DNA of 64,000 nucleotides from Asterias rubens (lineage: Eukaryota): positions 6,820,001-6,884,000 of the forward strand of contig NC_047074.1 of NCBI RefSeq assembly GCF_902459465.1, given 5' to 3'. Under the pieces are notes generated by a model. That model worked only from the letters and a program-made list of their open reading frames with translations, was not told where the DNA came from and made no database searches. Below, in pieces: positions 25,197-37,400 of this stretch (position 1 is the stretch's first letter; every line of letters starts with the position of its first letter). The translations under genes and the position numbers were made by a program.

Positions 25197-25570
25197 TTAA
25201 AGGAACACGTTGCCTTGGATCGGACGAGCTGGTATACAAAGCGTTTGTAACCGTTTGTTATCGATGCATGGTTAGAAAGAGGTTTTAAAAGTAGAGTACA
25301 ATGATCCACACAAATATATATGCTTCAAAATTGCGTGGTTTTTCTTTTACCTCGTCGACTAATAACACGGTCGGCCATTTATGGGAGTCAAATTTTTTTG
25401 ACTCCCATAAATGGCCGACCGTGTTAGGAAAACCACGCAATTTCGAGGCAAAATTGTGTAGATCATTGTATTCTACTTTTACAACATCTTTCTAACCATA
25501 TGCATTTTATAACAAACGGTTACAAACGCTTTTCAAAGACCAACTCGACCGATCCAAGGCAACGTGTTCC
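25197..25570 (+). mobile_element. MITE family C (TTAA-flanked) with perfect internal hairpin
   Basis: TIR aggaacacgttgccttggatcgg / ccgatccaaggcaacgtgttcc. Other copies at 35455-35806, 45704-45919 (left half) and 32652-32780 (right half). Confidence 0.8.
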
Positions 25571-26088
25571 TCATCATCATCTCTAAAGCTTCGTTCAGAA
25601 TATTTTGTTGGCAGGCAAACCTTCTGAAGGACGCGTTGTTGTTCCCATCGATACAGCAACGTGTGGAAACCCATTAATATAATGGGCGAGACCTGCATGA
25701 CGTTTACTTTTTTTAAACATCTGCTTTATCTTGTACATACGTGATTAATAACAAGTTTTGGTGATGTATTTTGAAAGTTTTAATGTATTTTCGTTTTATA
25801 ACGAATCCAACCGTATGTGGTTACTAATAACATGAACATTACATTTTGTTTTTTTGAAGGTTCTACTGGCCTGATAAGAAGTAGTTGCAAACATTTTTAG
25901 TCTTTGTTTTTACAAAACACCCAAATGCTGTAAAACGGGCCTCTTTATTGATATCTGATAAATTTACTATACAATAGCCAATTACTCTTTAGTTTAACAC
26001 TATGGCAAGGCGTGCTTGGCACGAAAAATACCTAATTATACGCTTGCCAAATGTTAAATCAGCTGTGTCTATTTTCCCACCTTTTGGG

Positions 26089-26305
26089 TAGTCTTGGTGC
26101 AAGACGTTTTTCGTTTTCCTTCCGCGCACAGCATGGCCAAAATATCACCAAACCGCCAGTACAATAACCTGACTTTTTAGCCCACTCACACGCCCGCGAG
26201 AACGCGGGGGTTTGAGTGGGCTAAGTCAGGTGAGTGTTGATGAGCGCGGGCGATGCGGGAGCTGTTGGCGAGTTGGAAAACGAGAAACGCCTTGCACCAA
26301 GACTA
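26089..26305. mobile_element. Non-autonomous DNA transposon, TAG...CTA termini, degenerate 9-bp TSD
   Basis: TIR tagtcttggtgcaag; flanks ccttttggg / ccaattggg (7 of 9 match); internal hairpin. Confidence 0.7.
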
Positions 26306-27455
26306 CCAATTGGGTAGAGAAACTCTCAACATTAATGTATTACCTTGTTGAGTTGGAAAACAACAATACTCCTTCGTGACGTCATGAATGCTTAGGGAAC
26401 ACCGCAACTCCCATTGATAATGAAAGCACACGGGAAAGGGTGCAATGTTGTTAAAGAAAGAAAAAACGAAACTAACAATGTTGCATTCTGAGGGTATATC
26501 CCTTCTACACCATTGATTACAAATATTAACCAAATGTAAGGAATTAAAAATGTTTATCTCAACATAAATCTAGGCAAAGTTATCAAAATAACAAGATACA
26601 ATAAAATTAACCAATATGATAGTTTCTTATTTCACTTCTTGTTGAGGAAACAGCAAGAAAACAAAGAAAGTTTTAACAATATTTTCAACAAAATCGTACC
26701 TATTTACGTTTAGCGCATTGACAGTGGGCAACAACCCGATATCTCACTGAAACATTCAGAAAAATGGACGCAGGGAAATTGTTTGAATCTTCAAAAGTCG
26801 CCTTTGAGTGATCTTTGGTTTTCAAGTATTTCAAAATAGTGTTCGTGATTATTTCTAATTAACGGGGATATAAATCATTTCGCACGGTGCTTCCTACTAT
26901 AGGATATAGGATAAAAAATTTAAATAAAAAGAGAAGCTAAATTAATATCATTGAAAAAAGTCATTCATGGGACTCACTTTGCCAGCATTCCATTGTGAGT
27001 CCCGTTTACCACACGCCGAATGAGATGTTGCTGTCTCTCAGAAAATCTATGCGGTTGATATTGTGTAAATACGAAACCACAACGAAAATGTTGACGTGGA
27101 ACCAGACTAACATTTTAAAAAGTAGTCATTGCACGCACGCTAAGGCTTTCAAAATACCGCCACCGAAAATACACAAATTCAAAACAAAAAACTCCACCAA
27201 AAACAGTGGCCGGGAAAAAAAGTCACCGACTAATAGATGTCCTATGAAAGGCACCAACTTTGACTTATAGCTATAAAGTTTCTTTGCTTCTATATAGTTC
27301 TTTTGTCAGATACTAACAATCAAGTGTGTTAAAGATTAAACAATTCTCGGCTTAAATAATATGCAAACCCTAAACATTTCACCAAAAGCCAACCCCGTCG
27401 TCAACTATAATGTACACTTACTAAACTCAAATATTACAGTATACCCATGACTTTG

Positions 27456-27808
27456 TTAAAGGCACTGGACACATTTGGTAATTTTCAATAACCAGTATTC
27501 TCACTTGGTGTATCCCAACATATGCATAAAATAACAATTTGGACTCAGCTGGTCATTGAAGTTGCAAGAAAATGATGAAAGAAAAAACACCATTTTGTAT
27601 AAAATAAGTGTGCTTTCAGATGGGAATACAAGGCCTCTGGCTAGAAGTTTTATTTTATTTTAGTGAGAATTTACCCTCTCTCAAAAACTAAATTACTTCA
27701 GAGGGAGTCGTTTCTCACAATGTTATATCAACAGCTCTCCGTTTGCTTACCAAGGAAGGTTTTATGCTAATATTTTGAGTAATTACCAAACGTGTACAGT
27801 GCGTTTAA
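27456..27808 (-). mobile_element. MITE family A variant subfamily
   Basis: TTAA flanks, variant core. Confidence 0.8.
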
Positions 27809-27980
27809 AACGTAGCCAAAACACGAGTGCAAATGCTGAAATTGACTATACATGTATTTACATTATACTAAATGCCTATCGGGTTGTACGTGCATTATAA
27901 AACAACGGATGATATAGCCCCTTACTCCATGTTGGTGCATCTTTGGGGTTTTAATGCAATAGTAAAGAAAGTGAGTCATT

Positions 27981-28111
27981 GGGTGCGTTTGATTAGCTTC
28001 CCCGGGTCGACCCCGATCTGCCCCCGGTACGTTTGGGCTGACCCGGGTCAGCCCCAAGTGCCCTGGAACGGGTCACTTAGGGCGACACAGGGAAGCTAAT
28101 CGAACGTGCCC
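27981..28111. mobile_element. MITE family E, internally deleted copy (about 110 bp past the TNF A stop)
   Basis: TIRs intact, ATT on both flanks. Confidence 0.75.
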
Positions 28112-28221
28112 ATTGTTTATTGAAAAGTGCTAATTGATGGAAATCCCTGAATAACATCTGTATTTAAGAACATGACCAAGCGATAGGCAGACTCTGACTT
28201 TCAACATTTCAACAGTGAATT

Positions 28222-28458
28222 TTAGGAAAGTTTAATGAGACCAAAATGAGTACTATCTGGATGCAGGTTTATGACCCGATTAGCGTATGACACCCTGATC
28301 CCCACCTTGTCACCATTGTTGATTTGTACAACACCCCCAATGTAGCATGTGTTGAACTTACGATCCCGATCCACTGTACATTCTGTGCAGCTGAATCGCT
28401 TCTGCTCTCCAATGTACAGACTATGTCCCATAAACACACTAGGGTCGTAGTACAACAT
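28222..28458 (-). CDS. EDA: TNF ligand A last exon
   Basis: tttgttgtag|ATG TTG TAC...; NTCYIGGVVQINNGDKVGIRV...THFGLIKLS*. Confidence 0.93.
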   Translation of the reverse strand: MLYYDPSVFMGHSLYIGEQKRFSCTECTVDRDRKFNTCYIGGVVQINNGDKVGIRVSYANRVINLHPDSTHFGLIKLS

Positions 28459-31400
28459 CTACAACAAACAAAACAACATAACATACACATAATTGATACC
28501 AATGCTAATGTGTGTTATTTGTATATAGAAATGAGGCCTCGAATCAAAATGCGTTAGATTATACGTCCAAACAAACTAGAAAGTTGAATAATATAGACAC
28601 AACGTTAAAGACGTTGGACACTATTGGTTATTGCCAAGACCAGTCTTCTCACTCAACATTTTATGCACAAAATAACAAACCTGTGAAAGAAAGAAAAACA
28701 CCCTGGTCACACGAAGTTGTGTGCTTTCAGATGTTTGATTTCGAAACCTGAAAATCGAATTCTGAGGTCTCGAAATCAAACTCGTGGAAAATTACTTCTT
28801 TCTCGAAAACTACGTCACTTCAGAGGGAGCCGTTTATCACAATATTTTATATTATCAACCTCTCCCCATTTAAAACTCGTTACCAAGTAAGGTTTTATAC
28901 TAACAATTTTTTGAGTTATTACCAATAGTGTCCAGTCCATTTTTAATAAAAGGAAAAGCTGAGTTTGATCGGAAATCCAGAGGTCAAGTCAAGGTAGCCC
29001 ACCGTGGGATGATGTAACGTCAAGGGTCTGTAAAACCACTAGCCCACCCTGTGGGAATGATGTCCCCCACCGCTATAGTATTTGTATAAATCACAATTGT
29101 TTTGTTAGAAAACTTTTGTAATTTCATCGTATGGCTTTTCACACTACATCCATTTCGAACCGCGTTGAAACCTGGTCCTCTCCGGTTCAGCCTCGCTTCT
29201 TTCGACACGGATCAGAGATACGCAACATTCACACTGGGTCCAATTTCACAGCGCTGCTTAGCGGCCGATTTTGTGCTTACTGTGCAATTTCTATTTCATA
29301 GCGCTGCTAACCATAAGCACACGAAAAGGCATGCTAACCTTCCGGTGCTTACCGCACGAAAATAAATGACATCACAATGCAAATCCACGGTAAACACGCA
29401 ATATGGCCGCCCAATTGTTCTGCTAACCTGTGAAATACGCTAAGGCTTAAGCATATTTTTCACCGTTAAGCAGCGCTATGAAAGTTGGCCCAGGGTCCAA
29501 TTTCATAGCGCTGCTAAGCACACAAATTTGCTAAGCATGTAATGTCTTCCTTGATAAAAACAGGATAACCAACCATAATTATTTCCATTTTTTGCATATT
29601 GCTTGTTGCTTGTATTCAACTGTTGTTTGTTTATCCTCAAAACCACGTAGAAATTTGGTTAGTAATTTTGTTTTTATCGAGGCCAAAATTTCATGCTAAG
29701 CACATTTTAGTGCTTAGCGGCGCTATGAAATTGGGCCCAGGTCTTCACGTGAACCGGCTATGCGCCCGTATAACAATTAACGCCGAAAAATGCCATTTCG
29801 ATCCGTATTGAGATTTTCAACCCTGGTCACTGCCTGGGTTGATTTCAGTCCGGCTAGAGCATGCGACCAAGATCGGAGGCGGATTTAATTTGTTACCGTG
29901 TGAAAGGGGGGAACAAAATCTCTGGTTCGGAACCGGTTCAAACCCTGAGATTTTGGACAGTGTGAAAAGGCCTTATGATAAGTTCAAAATGTTACAAGAG
30001 AGCCCAACTAAAAGGCTCCGTTTAACGGTTGGACCATTCACTGTGGAGGTATGTATATGATTTCCTACCTGGCTGTAAACATAGTAGATTCCCCCCTCTG
30101 TTACAGTCACGTTGCCTGTTTGACCCAGGATAAATCGTGACCTTACATCTGAATCCATCCAATCAGCATACTTCCAGTAGGGAACCCATCCACCTTAAAC
30201 AATCAAGTTAAGAAACATCACAATACAAATCATGTTGGCAACATTAACAACTAGCAGGGCGCTATAGAGGTGCGTTGCTCCCCAGAACAAGGTTCTGCAA
30301 ATTTATTCTACCATTTTGACGGATGAAGCTATAACACTTTTAACTAAAAACGAAGCCCCTTTTTATAAAGTTGACTGTTGTGATTGATTTAAATCACATT
30401 TGCTGTTTGATTTTTCTCAGTATTCTACTACAAAAGAGGTTTATTTTGAGAGTATGGTTAGATTACGCAAATTACTGAGGTTGAGCGAGCTCACGTGCCG
30501 TGGAATTTGCGCTGTGTACGGCGTGGGGTCTGGCTGAGCCAAGGGAGACCGCGAAGTTGTCTACTCTAGCTGACAGCTACCCCCTTCTCAAATCAAATCA
30601 TTTGAGGGTGAAAATAAAGGGATTCGCAGCTTCTTCTGAAGATTTTCACTGAAAAAATTGCAGCAAAATCATTACAATGAGATCTATGTAAAACCACAGT
30701 TTCCGTGAACAAACACATGACATCGTGTAAACATTCTCGTAGAATTTCCTAGTTGGTGGAACTGTGTTTATCCTTAACTGACGTTGTTCAGCCACCAGTC
30801 CCCCTTGGCACAGCCCGACTTCACGCCGTGCACAGCGCCAAATCCACGGCGCGTGAGCTCGCTCAAACCTCGGTAATTAATACGTATAGTCTATAACCAT
30901 AATACTCTCATATCAAAAGAAACCCCTTTTGAAGTAGATTACTGGGAACATCAATCATCAAATGTGATTTAAATCAATGTCACAACATTCAACTGTATAA
31001 AAGGGCTTCGTTTTTAGTTAAAAGTGTTATTTATCGAAAATGCAGCCGATTATGGTCCATCGGTACGAGTCTTCCCATGTCTTTACTGTGTAGCTTTGTT
31101 TTTCTATACTCATTACAGGTACAGTGATCGAATGTAAACATTGGTAGCGCAATCGGTTTGTTATAAGATAAAAAAAAGACGTTTTCAATGTGCTTTTAAA
31201 GCTTCCGAAGTTTGCTTTTTTGGGGGGTAAAATGACAAGAAATTCATTTAGATTGCAAGGAAGTGGGCACAGGGGCGTACATTATACAAGTTATCAATTG
31301 TTGAAAAGGGGTTGAGCAGAGGTCATCAATGATTTGAAATAGAGCCAGATGTTTGTCGAGTGATTTGATCCATGGGGGGATGAAGGAAGGAAAACATATA

Positions 31401-34400
31401 TTTACTGTTTAAAGGGAACGTACACTATTGATAATTGTCAAAGACCAGTCTTCTCACTTGGTGTATCACAACATAAGCATAAAATAACAAGCCTGTGAAA
31501 ATGTGAGCTAAATTGGTCATCAAAGTTGCGAGAAAATTATGAGAGAAAAAACACCCTTGTTGGACGAATTTGTGTGCTTTCAGATAGGAATAAAAGACTT
31601 CTAGCTAGAAGGCTTTTATTATTTTAGTGAGAAATTACCTCTTTCTCAAAAACTACGTTTTTTTTTAGAGGGAGCCATTTCTCACAATGTTTTATAATAT
31701 CAACAGCTCTCCAATGTTTGTTACCAAGTCAGTTTTTAAGTTAATAATTGTTTTGAGTAATTACCAAAAATGTACCTTCCCTTTAATCAAAGTCAACAAC
31801 ATGTTGGTCTTTGACAAAATGGACCCCTTATTCCTAAAAAAGAAGAAGAAAAAAAAGGAACCCAACTCAAAAAGCGTAATATAATCGATGCTAAGATTGG
31901 GGTTAGGGGTTGGGTTTGGGTTAGGGTTAGGTTAGGTGTATTAAAGGGAGGGCTATAATGGCTAGGGTAGAAACAAGAACATGCACTAGGTTTGTCGGAA
32001 CACATGTCGGACGTTACATGTAACCGTATATGTCCACACAACAAATTTCACGCCGATTACGTGAATGTGTTGCGTAGATAGAAAATCATACAGTCATATC
32101 AGGGTTTGTTTCAATCTTCAGAAGCAAGTGTGCATTGTGTTACTATACACGGTCCTCAATCACGTCTGCGAAACAGAACCATGCACGCTGATCATTGCGA
32201 AAACAGAACCACACACACACACACACACCAAACTACATTACTGTATACTCTCCTCAAACTTGGCCATGCTCCAGCTTTAACATTGCCTTGCGTGATTAGG
32301 GGGATTCCCAAAATGGTAAATTTGTATGCAATACGATAACGTACCTGGATATGACACAATGCACTGCACAAACAACAAGTTATTTATAGTACATTGGACA
32401 CTGTTGTCACACAAAATGCTTATCAGTAAAATCCTTGGGCAGAATGTTTTTCTGATGAGGTTTGACTATACGCACATCATCACCAGACTGTGTCATTGCT
32501 TTTATATGAACGTAGTTTTACGATCAATAGCAGAACCTGTTGCTCTATTGTGACTCAATTGCAGAAACTGTTGCTCTATTGTGACTCAATTGCAGAAATT
32601 GCTGCTCAATTATGACTCAATTGCAGAAATTGCTGCTCTATTGTGACTCAATTGGCCGACCGTGTTTGTCGACAGGGTAAAACGAAAACGACGCAATTTT
32701 GAGGCATATTTGTGTAGATCATTGTATTCTACTTTTACAACATCTTTCTAACAAACGGTTACATAGCGCTTTTCAAAGACAACAAGTTTGAACCAACATT
32801 GAAAGGGGGCAGGAAGGCCCAACAAGTTGGAACCAACATTGAAATGGTGCAGGAGGGCCACACGAGTTGGAAGCAACATTGAAAGGGGCAGGAGGGCCGT
32901 ACGAGTTGAAACCAACATTGAAAGGGGGCAGGAGGGCCACACGAGTTGGAACCAACATTGAAAGGGGACAGGGGCCAAACGAGATATGGCCGGGATTATA
33001 GATTGCTAGTGTGTCAGACACTGAGAGATGATGTATATTCGTAAGTGGGCAGACAACATTTTCGAAAAAAATACATACAACACCGCAACAGCACCCAAAC
33101 CAACAAAAAGAAACACTTTTATGCAGAAGCTATACCCTGCATCAGTGATGAATTTATAAATTCTGCCACAAACTGAAAATTATAAATTCTGAAAAATAAA
33201 AGCTACATACCATCGAAATCACTTAAGTCGACATATCCCCTGTTTATTGGATCCCACCCTAAAATGAATAGAAAGACAATAATTCAGTCAATGTCCAATG
33301 CCCCTCACATGTCAGATCCCTCCATGGGGGGTTTGAGCAGTTAACCCGAAAACTTGGATAGGACAGTTACTTCTCTATAGTGTAATTAATTGTTTAAAAC
33401 AAAGAAAATGTGGTTAAACGATACGTGGGAAGTTTAAAATTTGAAAGTCAATGTTCAATGTTTCCCATAGGTTTATTTATTAATTTGTTGTATGTATTCA
33501 AATACACATCCAACGGCACTAGCGCCGAAAGAACGATGTTGAGTGGGAATGTTCTGTTTTAGACATTGGAGGGAAACCCCCCAAAAGGGGAAACCTATTC
33601 AATTAGTTAAGGATTGAGAACCCAATCCCAAAGCAAGGCTTTGGTCTGAAGTGGGATTCGAAGTGGAGTCCACAGAGGTAAACATTATAGGGAAATACAC
33701 CACTGAGACGACCTGATCCCCAATAGTCCTTTATGGATCGAGATAAATTGAAAATTGTTTGATCAATTTGCATTGAATCTTACATTATATCAACTGGTCC
33801 AAATACTCAAAACACTTTTTAGCATAAAAACTTGGTAAAGAGCAATGGTATAAGAGACAAAATTGTGAGAAACGGCTCCCTCTGAAGTAAGGTTTAAACC
33901 TTTTGAGAAAGAAGTAATTTCTCACTCACATAATCATTGTTAAGAGACTTCAGGCCTGAAGCCTTCCTAAAAGTACATACATTTTTTGCAACAAGGGTTT
34001 TTTGCACTATTCTCTTGCAACTTTTATGACAAATTGAGTCCAACCAGTGATAAATACTGCGCTTTGACAAAAAGTGCCCGGTGCCTGTGATAATATCGTG
34101 TGGTTGTGTATATAGAATGACAATAATTATTCAACTACAGTATTTGCCCCTTACCCATCAACATATTATTTCAAACCACTTTTCATGCAACTTTCATTGT
34201 CTGACAACAGTTAATGTAATCAAAACTTGCTGTTTATGCACTATAAGGTGGCAACCAATGATGTAGTCTTTCGTCAAGGCCCTCGTGGCTAGGACAAAGT
34301 TGTTTCGACATGCGCAGCGAAACCTCTCGAACGTATGGTTTGAAGTCCCTCTCACTGCGCGGCTACACAGCTGTCTACGCCACGAAGGCCTCGATGGAAG

Positions 34401-37400
34401 GCTACCAAATGATAACAACCAATAGTATTAGCATACATGCGCTGTTTGTTTATTGTTGACTAACATTTAGAGAGATTTGATTTCTCACAATAATTTGTCT
34501 GACAAGCTTTCAAAATAGAAACAGTTCTTGAAACAAATGTGAATCAAATGTCAGAATTTATGAATTTGAATTATTGATCAAACTTTTGATACATTGCAAA
34601 ATTAATTATGACCAATATTTGTTCTTACCAATCCCGGTCATATCTATTTGCCCCCCCCCCCCGCCCCATTCAATGTAGGTGCTGATTGCACGGTCTTCTG
34701 CATTCCAGTCAACATTTGGGAGCTTTCGTTTTCGACGACGGATATTCCTGCGACGGTAGGTAGTTTACAGCCAAACGTTGTCGTTTTCAGCACAACGCAG
34801 ATTCATCCCATGTACCGTCGTAAGAAATTGAGGGCGACCGTTCTGCATGCGCAGATGACGCCAAACGTCACCATTACCGTCGCAGAACCACCCGTCGTCC
34901 AAATTGGGGGGACGGGGGTCGGGGAGAGAATGATTTGTCAGTGAGAAGTGTATGTGGAATGGTTTTTTATAATGTTAGGAACGGGTGGCCTAAGCACTTT
35001 GGCCGGGATTGTGGATCTCTATAACCCCTTCCCAATGCGCTATACAAGAATTAGCTATTAGTATTATTAATATTATTATTATTTTGTATATTGATCTATA
35101 AACATGATGATTTGATACAAACTTACTTTCCACGATTGCAGGGGATTCAACATCTCCTTCAAAATGAGCAGAGAGTATCACTGAGTATTGATGGGGCTAA
35201 AGGGTTTTAAACATTATACAATAGTTACCATTAGACATATAGAAACTGTGTGTCAGCACTAAGGTCATTCTACTAAAGACCGCGGCCAAAATACTAGATA
35301 TGATTCACAATAAATGCCGTGCACACAGGAAAAGCACACCGAGAGGCATCGTCCACTATCATGTTATTAGAACAGGCGAAAAGGAAGCAATATACCACAC
35401 TGATTGTTTGTATGCAGTTAAAGTCTCCTTGCATAAACCACGAAGTGTGTCATTTTAAAGGAACACATTGCCTTGGATCGGTCGGGTTGGTCTTTGAAAA
35501 ACGTTTGAAACCATTTATTATGAAATGCAAAAAGTTGGACATGCACTGGTTTTCCTTTTACGCCGCGAAGAAACACGGTCGGCCATTGTGTGGAGTCAAT
35601 TTTTGGCTCAATAAAATGGCCGACAGTGTGAGTTCGCGACGTTATAGAAAAAAACGTGCAATTTCGAGTGATACTTGTGTGGATCATTATATCCTTATAC
35701 TTTTTATAAAAAAACATCTTTCTATGCATTTCATAACAAACGGTTTCAAATTCAAACGCTTTTCAAAGACCAACTCGTCCGATCCGAGGCAACGTGTTCC
35801 CTTTAAGACGTGCTCGAGTAAATCGGGTACCTAAATTTAAAAATAGTGTACGTATCCACTGCGCCTCAGATCAAGAATTATAAAATGACTTACTCTGATC
35901 ATGTTCGCTGTTTTGTTTAAATAATGATGTGTATGTGAAACCAGCATTTTGACTCGATCGTCTAAAAGAATGAACTTAGGTGACACACGTTTTCAATCGA
36001 CTTACTTTCACTAGTGTTGATGGTAGCATATCTGCCTCCCTCAAAGTGTGCCGCAAGTAACGCTGGCCATACAAGCTGTCCTGCGCCCTGTACACCAGGA
36101 CACGAAAGCGAGTCAAGTTTCAACTTATCAGGCGCACAGTGGATACTTAAAGGCAGTGGACACTATTGGTAATTACTCAAAATATTTATTAGCATAAAAC
36201 CTTACTTGGTAACAAGTAATGGGGAGAGGTTGGTAGTATAAAACATTGTGAGAAACGGCTCCCTCTGGTGTAGTTTCCGAGAAAGAAGTAATTTTCCACG
36301 ATTTTGATTTCGAGACCCCAGATTTAGAATTTGAGGTCTCGAAATCAAGCATCTGAACGCACACAACTTCGCCTCACAGGGGTGTTTTTTCTTTCATTAT
36401 TAGCTCGCAACTTCGACGACCGATTGAGCTCAAATTTATACACAGGTTTGTTATTTTATGCATATGTTGAGATACACCAAGTGAGAAGACTGGTCTTTGA
36501 CAATTACCAATAGTGTCCAGTGTCTTTAAAGGTAGGATCATAGTTTGGTAGAGAACCCAGAACAGAAACCACGGTATTTACTAAAAAAAGAACTGCTTTA
36601 AAGATGGCAATGAAATCAAGCATCCTCCAAAATTATTTTGTTATAGAAGTTGATAACAAAAATAGCAAACAATTATTACAGATGCTATGTCAGATTTGTT
36701 GCCGATTTGACCCCAAAAATTTGATTTAAAATTCAATAGGTATTTTGATGGGGGTCGAGAAAGTTACAAGCTTTCATTTGAGCCATTGCTCGAAAAAGTC
36801 CGCCAATTATAAGTAGCAGTGAAATAAAGTGCTCAAAATTAGTTTTTGTCGGGATCCCGACAATATATCACGTCACCTATTCTTGATAAGAAACGTTTTA
36901 AATTTTTGTCATGGTTCCTGACCATTAAAAGTAAAAATTACACTTTTTTTCGTTAGAGCGGGTGATACTCTTTGAAATACCATTCACTCAAAAAAATATT
37001 TTTTTAATGTTTGGGGCCAAAAATCTGACATAGCATCTTTAACGTTTAATAGCATCTTTAACGAAGATCGCCCGCAGGCGACTTTAATTTCGAGGGTGTC
37101 CGTGTGAAGCGCTTAATACAGAGAGCGATGCGGTTGGTACCCGCTATCGAAAAGGCGTTACGGTGACGAAATTCAAACGCTGAACAAAACAAAATGAATC
37201 GCGAATATACAGGGTGCGTTCGATTAGCTTCCCTGTATCGACCCCGCGGTGCTCACTCGGGTGAGCCCCTGACAAGAGCAAATTGAACGACCCCTCACCC
37301 TCTCGTGGTGACGTCATGCGCCTCGGGCCAGCCCCAAGTGACCCGTTCCACAAGCAGTGCACTTTGACCCGGGTGAGCCCCTGGAATTAATTCAAAGCTA

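Noticed and set aside
32783-32975. CRISPR-like periodic repeat
   Set aside because: Contiguous tandem units with no unique spacers, in a eukaryotic context with no cas genes.
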